A DNA stretch of 64,000 nt. Origin: Phyllobates terribilis (taxonomy: Eukaryota). A model generated the notes under the pieces. It ran no database searches and was not told the origin of the DNA. It saw only the letters and a list, made by a program, of their open reading frames with translations. The DNA lies in assembly GCF_046119375.1 (NCBI RefSeq), contig NW_027362773.1:187550001-187614000 (forward strand). The letters are read 5' to 3'. Position numbers and translations under genes: made by a program. Of this stretch, positions 25,687-38,178 are shown piece by piece. Each line of letters starts with the position of its first letter. Positions within the stretch are counted from its first letter, which is position 1.

Positions 25687-28600
25687 TACTGGTCAAAAAA
25701 ATAAAGGAAACACTTAAACAACAGAATATAACTCCAAGTAAATCAAACTTCTGTGAAATCAAACTGTCCACTTAGGAAGCAACACTGATTGACAATCAAT
25801 TTCACATGCTGTTGTGCAAATGGAATAGACAATAGATGGAAATTATTGGCAATTATCAAGACACCCTCAATAAAGGAGTGGTTCTGCAGGTGGGAACCAC
25901 AGACCACATCTCAGTACCAATGCTTTCTGGATGATGGTTTGGTCACTTTTGAATGTTGGCTGTGCTTTCACACTCATGGTAGCATGAGACGGACTCTACA
26001 ACCCACAGAAGTTGCTCAGGTAGTGCAGCTCATCCAGGATGGCACATCAATGCGAGCTGTGGCAAGAAGGTTTGCTGTGTCTGTCAGCGTAGTGTCCAGA
26101 GGCTGGAGGTGCTACCAGGAGACAGGCCAGTACACTAGGAGACGTGGAGGGGGCCGTAGGAGGGCAACAACCCAGCAGCAGGACCGCTACCTCCACCTTT
26201 GTGCAAGGAGGAACAGGAGGAGCACTTCCATAGCCATGCAAAATGACCTCCGGCAGGCCACAAATGTGCATGTGTCTGCACAAATGGTTAGAAACCGACT
26301 CCATGAGGGTGGTATGAGGGCCCGACGTCCACAGATGGGGGTTGCGCTCACAGCCCAACACTGTGCAGGACGCTTGGCATTTGCCAAAGAACACCAAGAT
26401 TGGCAAAGTCGCCACTGGCGCCCTGTGCTCTTCACAGATGAAAGCTGGTTCACACTGAGCACATGTGACAGACATGACAGAGTCTGGAGACGCAGTGGAG
26501 AGCGATCTGCTGCCTGCGACATCCTTCAGCATGACCGGTTCGGCAGTGGGTCAGTAATGGTGTCGGATGGCATTTCTTTTGAGGGCCGCACAGCCCTCCA
26601 TGTGCTTGCCAGAGGTATCCTGACTGCAATTAGGTACCGAGATGAGATCCTCAGACCCCTTGTGAGTGTAACATACCTGGCGGCGTCCTTGCATAGTGGT
26701 CCATTTCCCACTGTGCAGGAGCGCGCACTTGATCTCCTGTCCGGAATGTCTCTCTGGCTTCCCTCCATGCTGTCTGTTTGTGTCTGTCTCTGCTGCTTAA
26801 GGGCGGCGCCCGATCACTTCCTGCTTTTTGTACCTGCTGTGGGTCACACCCCTTGTGCGTCCTCAGCCTATTGCTGTCTGACACTTGGTATATAGCTCAG
26901 CAGCTCCCTTCTATCCCTGCCTGAGCATAGTGTTTTCCTTCAGTGTGTGCTTGCACTCTGAAGGTGCCAGGTCCCGTCTTTGTTTCCTTGTCTGCCTTTC
27001 CTGGAGGCTGTATTTCCAGGCCTGTCTGAACTGAGTCCTGTATTTCTCCTGCTTTGCGGTATTAGTTCCCGTGTCTGAACTAAGTCCTGTATGTCTCCTG
27101 CTTTTTGTATCAGTTCCCGTGTCTGAACTGAGTCCTGTATGTCTCCTGCTTTTTGTATCAGTTCCCGTGTCTGAACTGAGTCCTGTATGTCTCCTGCTTT
27201 GCGGTATCAGCTCCCGTGTCTGAACTGTGTCCTGTATGTCTCCTGCTTTGCGGTATTAGTTCCCGTGTCTGAACTAAGTCCTGTATGTCTCCTGCTTTGC
27301 GGTATTAGTTCCCGTGTCTGAACTGAGTCCTTTCTGTGTTCTCTTGTCTGTCCTGTCTGAACACGCTCCTTGCCTGTTCGTTCCGCCTTCTAGTGGCCGA
27401 TTTCCTAGACCCGCTCCTGTTTCTGGTCTGTCCTGTCTGTACTCGCTCCTTGCCTGTTCGTTCCGCCTCTCTGGGGGCCGTATTCCCAGACCCGCTCCTG
27501 TTTCCCGCTGCAGTGTCGGTCTCTCCGTACACTCAGTTCCAGTCTGAACACTCTCCTGTCCTTTACCTGTTTTGCCTCTATGTCCGTTCCCTTCCTTTTT
27601 CTGCAGAGTCTGAACTCGTACCTAACTCCTGCTTGTTTTCTCTGCAAGTACTGTGTGAGTATCTGTCTCTGTCTTTCCCTTCCTGTCTGTTCCGTGTGAA
27701 CAGAGCCCTGTCCTCCCTGCTCAGCCTTGTCTGCACTCTGGCAGTGCTTGCCTGTAACCCTCTGCCTGTATTGTTCCTGAGTCCCGGTGTGTACTGGGTC
27801 CTATCCCGCCTGTGTTCCTACCTGCTAGTGCCTCCCTGTCTGCACTCTAGCAGTGCTTGCCTTTACCCCCCTGCCTGCATACCCGCCTGCCTGCATACCA
27901 GTCGTGCCTGCCTATACCCACCAGTCTGTGTGCCAGCCTACCAGCCTGTTCCTGTATTCCCCTGTGTGGGTCAACAGCCGTGTCCGGGGTCTGTCCTGGA
28001 GTAGCACCTGGTCCCTCTGCTCGGTTCCTCCTTGGTGCACTGGCGTCGTATGCCGTCGTGCGACCCTGGTCGGATCGGGTGAATACTTAGTCACGCCCCT
28101 CCAGGCATTCACTCTCCGGCACGGTCCAGTGGAATCACTACCAATCACACGCACACGCCGCTTAGCCCGGGCGTGTGCATAACAGTGAGACCATATGCTG
28201 GTGCGGTTGGCCCTGGGTTCCTCCTAATGCAGGACAATGCCAGACCTCATGTGGCTGGAGTGTGTCAGCAGTTCCTACAAGATGAAGGCATTGAAGCTAT
28301 GGACTGGCCCGCCCGTTCCCCAGACCTGAATCCGATTGAGCACATCTGGGACATCATGTCTCGCTCCATCCACCAACGTCACGTTGCACCACAGACTGTC
28401 CAGGAATTGGCGGATGCTTTAGTCCAGGTCTGGGAGGAGATCCCACAGGAGACCATCCGCAACCTCATCAGGAGCATGCCCAGGCATTGTAGGGAGGTCA
28501 TACAGGCACGTGGAGGCCACACACAATACTGAGCTTCATTTCGACTTGTTTTAAGGACATTACATCTAAGTTGGATCAGCCTGTAGTGTGTTTTTCCACT

Positions 28601-28790
28601 TTAATTTTGGGGGTGACTCCAAATCCAGGCCTCCATTGGTTAATAAATTTGATTTCCATTGATGATTTTTGTGTGATTTTGTTGTCAGCACATTCAACTT
28701 TGTAAAGAACAAAGTATTCAATGAGAATATTTCATTCATTCAGATCTAGGATGTGTTATTTGAGTGTTCCCTTTATTTTTTTGAGCAGTG
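25687..28790 (+). mobile_element. Tc1 transposon (family D) interrupted by a solo LTR
   Basis: TIRs (C/T)ACTG(C/G)TCAAAAAAATAAAGG(G/A)AACACT at both ends; transposase halves 25984-26666 and 28190-28532 rejoin in frame (341 aa, DD34E). Confidence 0.9.
26667..28184 (+). mobile_element. Solo LTR (1518 bp) with an internal ~40-bp tandem repeat, inserted in the Tc1 transposase
   Basis: TGTAAC...ATAACA termini; 5-bp TSD GTGAG (26662-26666, 28185-28189); TCCCGTGTCTGAACTGAGTCCTGTATGTCTCCTGCTTT repeats at about 27020-27330. Confidence 0.88.
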
Positions 28791-29062
28791 TGTAATATAA
28801 TTATTACAGGTTCGGACTGGCCTACAGGAGAATCCTCTGGTGGACCATCACCCTCTTATATGAGAAGTACTTGGCACAATACATCTAATTCACCATATAA
28901 AGACAAAGGCTGTATCTTATTAATTTAACAATCAACCCAGTTTATTACTATGGAAATTTGTGATTGAGGATAAATTCACATTAGCTTGTAGCTGAAAAAT
29001 GGGGCCCTGGCGTTGACGCTAATGGTGGGCCCTTGAACCCCCAGTCCAACACTGTATATATG

Positions 29063-30431
29063 CAGTTGCATCTCACAAAATTAGAATATCATCAAAAAGT
29101 TATTTTATTTCAGTTCAATAGTGTTGAGCGAGTATGTTCTGGTCCCGTGTGCATGATTTGCGACTGTTTGACAGCTTTATTACATGTGAGGAATGTGTAA
29201 GAAATAGACATTTCTCACATGTACTAAAACTGTCAAACAGTCGCAAATCATGCACACAAGAGCGATTCAAACATATCACCGAGCAGATGTAACTACTCAG
29301 AGCTCGGCCCGAGCATACTCGGCGAAAGGGTTAACAGAACATACTCGCTCAACACTATTCTTCAATGCAAAAGGTGAAACTCATATATTATATAGAGTCA
29401 TTACAAACAGAGTGATCTATTTCAAGTGTTTATTTCTGTTAATGATTATGGCTTACAGCCAATGAAAACACAAAAGTCATTATCTCAGTAAATTAAAATA
29501 ATTAACAAAAGACACCTGCAAAGGCTTCCTAAGCTTTTAAAAGGGTCCTTTAGTCTGTTTCAGTAGGCTCCACAATCATGGGAAGACTGCTGACTTGACA
29601 GATGTCCAGAAGGCAGTCATTGACACTAAGTCAATGCAAAGTAAATTTTGCATTTCATTTGGAAATCAAGGTCCTAAAGTCTGGAGGAAGAGTGGAGAGG
29701 CCACAATCCAAGCTGCTTGAGGTCTAGTGTGAAGTTTCCACAATCAGTGATAGCGTGGGGAGCCATGTCATCTGCTGGTGTAGGCACACTGTGTTTTATC
29801 AAGATCAAAGTCAGCGCAGCCGTCTACCAGGAAATTTTAGAGCACTTCATACTTCCCTCTGCCGACAAGCTTTTTGGAGATGGAAATTTCATTCTCCAGC
29901 AGGACTTGGCACCTGTCCACACTGCCAAAAGTACCAATACCTGGTTTACAAACAACAGTATCACTGTGCTTGATTGGAAGCAAACTCGCCTGACCTTAAC
30001 CCCATAGAGAATCTATGGGATATTGTCAAGAGGAAGATGAGAGACACCAGACCCAACAATGCAGACGAGCTGAAGGCTGCTATCAAAGCAACCTGGGCTT
30101 CAATAACACCTCAACAGTGCCACAGGCTGATCGCCTCCATGCCACGCCGCATTGATGCAGTAATTGATGCAAAAGGAGCCCCGACCAAGTATTGAGAGCA
30201 TTTACTGAACATACATTTCAGTAGGACAACATTTCGGATTTTAAAATTACTTTTCAAGCTGTTGTTATAAAGTATTCTAATTTACTGAGAAAATGACTTT
30301 TGTGTTTTCTTTGGCTGTGAGCCATAATCATCAACATTAACAGAAATAAACACTTGAAATAGATCACTCTGTCTGTAATGGCTCTATAGAATATGAGGTT
30401 CACTTTTTGACGATATTCTAATTTAGTGAGA

Positions 30432-30439
<8 letters not shown>
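29063..30439 (+). mobile_element. Internally deleted Tc1 (family C) carrying a palindromic MITE (about 29117-29359)
   Basis: TIR CAG(T/G)TGCATCTCAC.AAATTAGAAT; transposase fragments VKFPQSV..WG, QQDLAPVH and NPIENLW; MITE termini TAGTGTTGAGCG / CGCTCAACACTA. Confidence 0.85.
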
Positions 30440-30505
<66 letters not shown>

Positions 30506-30508
<3 letters not shown>

Positions 30509-32076
30509 TACAGACCAAAAGTTTGGACACACCTTCTCATTTAAAGATTTTTCTATATTGTCATGACTTTGAAAATTGTACATTCACACTGAAGGCATCA
30601 AAACTATGAATTAACACATGTGGAATTATATACTTAACAAAAAAGTGTGAAACAACTGAAAATATGTCTTATATTCTAGGTTCTTCAAAGTAGCCACCTT
30701 TTGCTTTGATGACTGCTTTGCACACTCTTGGCATTCTCTTGATGAGCTTCAAGAGGTAGTCACCGGAAATGGTTTTCACTTCACAGGTGTACCCTGTCAG
30801 GTTTAATAAGTGGGATTTCTTGCCTTATAAATAGGATTGGGACCATCAGTTGTGTTCTGCAGAAGTCAGGTGGATATACAGCTGATAGTCCTACTGAATA
30901 GACTGTTAGCTGCATTTTTCTTGCCATAATACAAATTCTAAGTAAAGAAAAACGAGTGGCCATCATTACTTTAAGAAATGAAGGTCAGTCAGTCCGAAAA
31001 ATTGGGCAAACTTTGAAAGTGTCCCCAAGTGCAGTTGCAAAAACCATCAAGCGCTACAAAGAAACTGGCTCACATGAGGACCGCCCAGGAAAGGAAGACC
31101 AAGAGTCACCTTTGCTTCTGAGGATAAGTTTATCCGAGTCACCAGCCTCAGAAATCGCAGGTTAACATCAGCTCAGATTAGAGACCAGGTCAATGCCAAA
31201 CAGAGTTCTAGTAGCAGACACATCTCTACAACAACTGTTAAGAGGAGACTTTGTGCAGCAGGCCTTCATGGTAAAATAGCTGCTAAGAAACCACTGCTAA
31301 GGACAGGCAACAAGCAGAAGAGACTTGTTTGGGCTAAAGAACACAAGGAATGGACATCAGACCAGTGGAAATCTGTGCTTTGGTCTGATGAGTCCAAATT
31401 TGAGATCTTTGGTTCCAACCACCGTGTCTTTGTGCGACGCAGAAAAGGTGAACGGATGGACTCTACATGCCTGGCTCCCACCGTGAAGCATGGAGGAGGA
31501 GGTGTGATGATGTTGGGGTGCTTTGCTGGTGACACTGTTGGGGATTTATTCAAAATTGAAGGCATACTGAACCAGCATGGCTACCACAGCATCTTGCAGC
31601 GGCATGCTATTCCATCCGGTTTGCGTTTAGTTGGACCATCATTTATTTTTCAACAGGACAATGACCCCAAACACACCTCCAGGCTGTGTAAGAGCTATTT
31701 GACCAAGAAGGAGAGTGATGGGGTGCTACGCCAGATGACCTGGCCTCCACAGTCACCAGACCTGAACCCAATCGAGATGGTGTGAGGTGAGCTGGACCGC
31801 AGAGTGAAGGCAAAAGGGCCAACAAGTGCTAAGCATCTCTGGGAACTCCTTCAAGATTGTTGGAAGACCATTTCCGGTGACTACTTCTTGAAGCTCATCA
31901 AGAGAATGCCAAGAGTGTGCAAAGCAGTCATCAAAGCAAAAGGTGGCTACTTTGAGAAACCTAGAATGTAAGACAGATTTTCAGTAGTTTCACACTTTTT
32001 TGTTAAGTGTATAATTCCACATGTAATAATTCATAGTTTTGATGCCTTCAGTGTGAATGTACAATTTTCATAGTCA
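30506..32076 (+). mobile_element. Degenerate Tc1 (family B), right TIR truncated
   Basis: TIR CAGTACAGACCAAAAGTTTGGACACACC; transposase with a frameshift near 31085 and a stop at 31783 ([24 protein letters not shown]). Confidence 0.9.
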
Positions 32077-32085
32077 TATATTATA

Positions 32086-32798
32086 CCATATTTTGCGTTT
32101 TATAAGACACTTTTTTCTCCCCAAATTTGGGAGGAAAAAGGGGGTGCGTCTTATAATGCAAACTTACGGTTTACCTAGTGGGGCGGCGTCAGATCGGGGT
32201 CCCAGATACAGGAGGTTGGTGGCGGCTGCGACGGTAGCGGGGCGATGCTGCGGGCCCCCGGTGGTGACGGGGCAATGCTGCGGCCCTGTCCTCAGAAGTC
32301 GGCGGTGAGCGGTGGCAAGGTTCCCTATCCTGTACATAGCGCTGTGCTTCGACAAAAAGGCCGCCGTAGCATGCGCAGATTGAGATCTTGGGAGACGAGA
32401 TCTCGATCTGCGCATGCTCCGTTGGCCATTTTACCGAAGCACAGCGCTATGTACGGGATAGGGAACCTTCCCACCGCTCACCGCCGACTTCTGAGGATGG
32501 GGCCGCAGCATCGCCCCACCACCACCAGGGGCCCACAGCATCGCCCCGCCACCACCGGGCCACAGCATCGCCCCACCACCACCCAGGCCACCACTGCCTT
32601 GAATAAGCGACACTTCTTCTGAGGACGGGGCCTGCAGCATCGCCAATCTCTGATATGTGTGACCTCCGCTCCACTACTGCTGCCCCCCAGGTAAAAAGGA
32701 TTATAAGGCGCACCATTTTATTTAAAAAAAAAACAAAACATTTTTTCCTATTTTGCACCCTAAAATTTGGGGTGCGTCTTATAATCCGCAAAATACGG
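32086..32798. mobile_element. Tc1/mariner (Tigger-like) MITE with a large internal palindrome
   Basis: TA flanks; TIR CC(A/G)TATTTTGCG..TTATAAGAC; GC-rich inverted arms centred near 32390. Confidence 0.75.
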
Positions 32799-33254
32799 TA
32801 TGTATGTATATTTATATATTTCTTTTTTTTTACTTTATGTTGAAGTCCCCTTAGGGACCATTTGATCAGTTCTTCAATGACTTAGACCGCTCCTCTATAC
32901 TGGCACTCAACAAAATTGGCATAAGTTTTATAAATCCCAGAATCTTCCTTTAGGGTATGTGCACACAGTCTTTTTGTACAGCTTTTTACAGCAGAAACTG
33001 AGCAGAACCTCCAATGTTTGAGGAGTTTTGAGTTTTGGAGGAAGATTTGAAGAATTTTCTCCCCGAAAACCTCCTAAAAAAACTCAGTGTGCACCTTTAG
33101 GGTGTGATCACACTGAGGTTTTTTTTCCAGGAACTTTGGAGGTTTTGTAGACAGAGCTTTCCAAATGCCATGAGGAGTTTAAAAAACTGTTTTTTGATTG
33201 GAGAGTTGGAATGTTCCTGCTTCGAAAAATCACCCCAAAAAATAAAACGCAAGT

Positions 33255-33450
33255 ATGAACACTCACTGGAGAAGGACATCATGGTCAGAAGAATACAAAA
33301 GACAAGGTGTAGAGGAAGACCAGCAACCAGATGGCTTGATACTATCAAGATAATGGTAGAGAAGACCCTGGTGGACCTATCTAGGCTTGCACAAGATCTT
33401 GCTACAGATCATTCACCCATCAAGTCGCCGTGGCTCGAGATCGAGCCAAA
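33255..33450 (+). mobile_element. RTE-clade LINE 3' fragment
   Basis: Translates to LEKDIMVRRIQKTRCRGRPATRWLDTIK, resembling the conserved RTE ORF C-terminus (EK.IM.G...G.R.RGRP..RW.D). Confidence 0.6.
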
Positions 33451-33759
33451 GGCCGTTAAAAAAAAAACCCGACAACACTCCTTTACACAGAAAAAATGCA
33501 ATGTCTATGGCCACATTAATCAAAAAGTGTTCATGACATCAAAGTAGACTTTTCAAGATAACTTAGGTAGAGGACCCTGTGACGAGCTGACAGTCCATTA
33601 CTTACATTATTGACAATGGTAAGCCCCCATGAACACTGTTAGGTGAGGTATGGCTCGTAACTGAGCAGTGGGTGAAGCCCAGAACCTGACTCCACATCAC
33701 TAATTTTGAAGGCATAAAGTGAGTACAGATAATGCAAAAGTCCACCTCGATCAGGTCTC

Positions 33760-34064
33760 CTAATTCAGCCCATTTTCTTGCTCAGGTAGAAGTTTCTCAG
33801 CTATACCCGTCAGTCCATTTTCCACCAGGGCATCCACAAGTCTCTGTAACGTGCCTTTCTTTCCTTCACAATCAATGAAACGTTGGAGCATCTGGTAGGC
33901 TTGTTCATATAGACCTTCGCTATGGTATTCGTAGGCCACGGTTTCTATGGCTGGGTCTTCTAAAGCTCGGCAGGTCTCCTTCAATGTTCTGCCCACCTTT
34001 TTCCAAGATGTTCCTACCGACTTGGCAAAGATCTGGTGATGTTCAGGGGTCAGGGCCCTGTCAA
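33760..34064 (-). CDS. TRADD: TRADD last coding exon (death domain)
   Basis: TTTCAG acceptor; FAKSVGTSWKKVGRTL..TCRALEDPAIETVAYEYHSEGLYEQAYQMLQRF...TLQRLVDALVENGL matches the TRADD death domain; ends in a stop. Confidence 0.95.
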
Positions 34065-35660
34065 CTGAAAGACACCTTTGGATTAGCAAAAAAAGAAAAT
34101 AAAACATGAAGAAACTCAAACTTCTATTCCAAGAAACCAAAGAAACTCGTTGATGAGAATGGGACCGTTTTTATACTCTAGTGTGAGCCTACCCTTACTT
34201 TGTAAGTGGTGGTCTTATCAAACAAGATGGTCTTTTGGAGAAATTCCACTGCATTTGGCAAGCCTACAATGTTCTGTCACAAAGCTTTACTTTATTTTCT
34301 TACACCCACATTTCGCTGCCTTTGAGACTATACAGTATACACTGATGAGCCATAAAATTAAAACCTAAAATATTATCTCTGCTCCCTCCCAAAAGAGCTC
34401 TGAGAAGTCAAAGCATGGACTCCACAAGACCTCTGCATGGGCTCTGTGGTATCTGGTGCCAAGACTTTAGGAGTAGATTTTTTAAGTGGTTCATGGATCA
34501 AACTTGTTTTTCCAGAAAGGCTTGATTGGATTGACCTCTGTGGAATCTGGAAGTGTTATTGCAAATTCTGGAAACTTTTGAAAAGTCAGAAAAGTGAAGT
34601 TTTAGGTTGAGGAGGCTGAGGCACTTACCAATTGCTAAAACAGAGAAACAGAAGTACTGGGTGCTGCTCCTCTCAGAGACCAAAGATGGGCTCACTGGAA
34701 AGTCTATGAGGTGGAATTTGGTATTTGGCTATGAGTTTCTTCTCCTTTATTTGTAGACCTCAGTAGGGGTCTTATAACCTAGATGCCCACCAATGAAACC
34801 TTCTGACATATCTCTATAACATGTCAATTGGTTTCTGATAGTGGAGTTAGACACTTTGCCATGTTCGTCAAACAATTTTTTCAGAGGCCACTACAAGTAG
34901 GGTTGCCATAATGGTCTGCCTGGACCAAAGGCTTCTGAGCAGAACATTGCTCAGAGCATCACCCTGCCTCTACCAGGTTTCTATCTACCTATATGACATC
35001 CCGGTTTCTTCTCTTCCCAAGGTAAGTGATGCACACAGGCATGGCCATTCACATTATGTGAAAAAAAAAAGGAATTTTTCATCTGACAAGGCCATTTTCT
35101 TCCATTGCACCATGGTGTAGTTCTTTTGCTCATGGGCTCAATTTAGGTGCTTCAGGGTCCAACATGTGCATCTTTCTGCAGCTTCACAGCCCCATAGAGT
35201 ATGATGACCCCAAAAATACCTCCCCTCCGTACAATATAATACCCCAAGAGTGAATCCCCCCACAACAATTTTCCCCTGGAGTACACCCTCACACAGTATG
35301 ATGTCCCTAATGTTGCTCTACACAAATTATGAGACTCCCACAGTGACCCCCTTGCACAGTATAGAGCCCCATTTCCACCCCCCTACAGCATAATGCCCAA
35401 CACAGAATAATGCCCCCTACAGCCCACCAGAGTATAATGCACCACACACAATCTCCTCTACAATATGATACTCACAGTTCCTCCACATATTTTGAAGCAA
35501 GAAGAGATGCTTTATATGTTTGACACCTTTCTTTTTCATCAAATTATGCTACGGTAGCTCTTCTACGAGAATGACCCGGACGGGTTGGCCCTTATTTCAC
35601 CCATTACAGGGTTTACACATCTGCATATTAGTTATAAGACTGATCATAGACAGGACTTAC

Positions 35661-35856
35661 TAAAGTCTTTTCCCTGGAATTTAAAGGTGCTTCCTTCCGA
35701 TGATACTGATCGGAGAGTGTGAGGCGGAGATGCCAGGTTGGAGTCCTGCGGAGTCGAGGACGGAGGCGGATTGCTGTTGTCTGGAGGTGGACCCAATGAA
35801 ATATTCATAAAATGTCTGTCCAGGTCTGCAAGTTCATCATCCTTCTGATAACTGGG
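35661..35856 (-). CDS. TRADD: TRADD coding exon 3 (end of TRADD-N and Pro/Ser linker)
   Basis: TTTAG acceptor, GTAAGT donor; PSYQKDDELADLDRHF...STFKFQGKDF; phases match both neighbours. Confidence 0.9.
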
Positions 35857-36007
35857 CTAAAGTGAAAGACAAAGTGTTAGCACCACTTCATGGAAAACAT
35901 GCAGGACTTCCCTTTCTCTATAGGAACTGCATTATTAACAAATAATGGAAGAGAAGAGGAAACACACTGTGACTTAGTGGGGTTTTTTTTTCCACAAGGA
36001 CTACATC

Positions 36008-36384
36008 GGGTTGTCCACCTTTGAGGATATTTTTCTTGTCTTCTTAAATGCATGTATTTGCAGTTAAAAATCATTTTTACAATTGGGTTTCATTAAAAAT
36101 TTTGCTCCGTTTTCCTGCACATTTAACTTTGATGTGGTATGTGGTCATAAATCAGCTGAGAGGAGCTCAGAAAAGAGATATAGGAGTTACAAATTCCCTG
36201 GCAGACCATCATAATGGGCTGACTGATGGATTCTCAGTTAACTCATTCTGCAGCCAGCACAGAACCTATAAAATGCAAACGATGCAAAATTTGTAATGAA
36301 ACCCAATTGCAAAAATGATTTTTAGCTTAAAATACATGTATATAAGCAAAAAAAAAATATGGTTCTGATAGATGGATAACCCTT
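36008..36384. mobile_element. T2-type MITE in a TRADD intron
   Basis: GGTTGTCC...GGATAACCCT-TTAA; related copies near 24400-24760 and 51400-51700 (GAGAGGAGCTCAGAA...CAGTTAACTC). Confidence 0.6.
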
Positions 36385-36427
36385 TTAACACGTGTTTAAT
36401 TTTTTCAGAAATAGACTGTAAAGTTAC

Positions 36428-36708
36428 CCTGGAAGATGAAATATAGTACAGACATTTTTCCTCTTCATCCAGTTGGGTGTCAAGCTTCTGTGCGTCCACC
36501 TTAAGCTCAAGAAAGACTTGTGTAGACTCCATTTTTAGGCATTGATTGAGTTGACTTTGTAGGTGCTGATGAACCTTCTTCTCCCTGTATCCCCAAAGAA
36601 ATCTCTCGCAGGCCGACTTTCCGTAGAATTTCAGGTGAAGGATTAGTTGGGAGTCACTTTCACAAATTTTGAGGATCTCAATATAGTTTGGTGATTCTCC
36701 GGAAAATT
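36428..36708 (-). CDS. TRADD: TRADD coding exon 2 (TRADD-N, TRAF2-binding domain)
   Basis: TTCCAG acceptor, GTAACT donor; ILKICESDSQLILHLKFYGKSACERFL...LDEEEKCL is homologous to TRADD-N. Confidence 0.93.
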
Positions 36709-37237
36709 CTGGAAATCATAAAAAGAAAAGGCTTAAAAAGGTGACCCTTAAAAGTGGTCTTTTAAGAACAAAAAAAGGGTTCTCACTCAGTGACTACAAA
36801 TTATGGGAGTCTAAGTGGTTGGACCCCACATAGGTTCTGCAGGCTGTAAGACTTTTATCGCGATGAGGTCTTTATGAAAGGGATGTGGCCCACATGGTAA
36901 AGCCTAAAGACTCGCCGCCAGATAATATATGAGCCACACCCCTTTGTAAAAAGCACAAAAATTAGCGCTAAATAAAAAGCGCAGCAAAAATTGCTTCTCT
37001 AAGATGATTGCTGATGTATTTCCTCCATCTGATTGCTCCAGACCAGCAACCTGACAAAACTTCTGCTTTCATAGAAGCCATCACACTCGCTGATGAACAA
37101 TTAATCAAGGGCATTTGATTAGAAGAATTTTTTTTTTAACATGTCCTGATATGATAATTTAAAGAGGGTGTACTTATTTTTTCTCATTACTGTGTACATA
37201 TCACTTCCGGCTGTTGATGGGTACAGGAGTACATTAC

Positions 37238-37367
37238 CTGAAATGACGTTCCTGAGTACATTGTACACCATGGATTTGTGCTTAACATACAGATCGGGTA
37301 GCGAGGTAGGATCCGTCTGGATGAAGAGGAAAACGCTCCCAATCCAATCACTTGGACAGGAATTCAT
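37238..37367 (-). CDS. TRADD: TRADD first coding exon (joined CDS 912 nt, 303 aa)
   Basis: ATG at 37367, 10 nt after a TTTTCAG acceptor; MNSCPSDWIGSVFLFIQ resembles TRADD WVGSAYLF; GTAATG donor. Confidence 0.9.
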
Positions 37368-37431
37368 CTTTTGGGGTCTGAAAAACAAAAAGACAATCAA
37401 AGTGAAAAATTATGGTCTCCATTATATGGTT

Positions 37432-37478
<47 letters not shown>

Positions 37479-38117
37479 TCCTTAAAGAGTTGAGACCCTT
37501 CCATTAATTGCGGAACTTATCTCGCAATGATCCTACATCCCTTACACCCTGTACATGACAACAATATTTCCCGCCTGGGACCTTCAAAGGCAAAGATATC
37601 TTGAAAGTTGGGGATCTCATAAACTTCTAAAAAACCTAGCACATCCCACATCCAGCCTTTCACATGAGCCCATCAAGGGGAGGTATGTGGGCATAACCTT
37701 GATCTAATAAAAATAAAAATCAGTGTTTGAGTTTTTATCATTTGTCAGTCTTGGAAGGTATAGCTTGCTGTGATTCTGTCCGTTTTCCTAAAAAGGAGTG
37801 CTTCCCTCTGCTAACCTATGAGCCATTTTCGTGACAGGTTTAGTACTTATTTTTTGTTATCCCTTTTATTCATTGTGATTGTTTATACCATATTGTTTTG
37901 TTCACATTTTGTAACATCTTTGTATATTTTTTATAAACACTGCCTACCTTTACGGATTAATTATATAAAATGTAATAGCTCTGTTCCTCTTGCTCTGTAT
38001 ACCACACCCGGAAGCCATACGCTACCTATAACAGGTCTCCAATCAGCCTGTATAAACGATTGGTAGTGGCAGCTAGTAATTTGTTTTGAAATTGTGAAGT
38101 TGGCATAGATCGTGCCA

Positions 38118-38172
<55 letters not shown>

Positions 38173-38178
<6 letters not shown>

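Noticed and set aside
25789-26895. 368-aa ORF as a single gene
   Set aside because: Chimera of the Tc1 5' region, the transposase N-half and read-through into the inserted solo LTR.
27336-28004. 222-aa Leu/Ser/Cys-rich ORF
   Set aside because: Low-complexity pyrimidine-rich LTR sequence.
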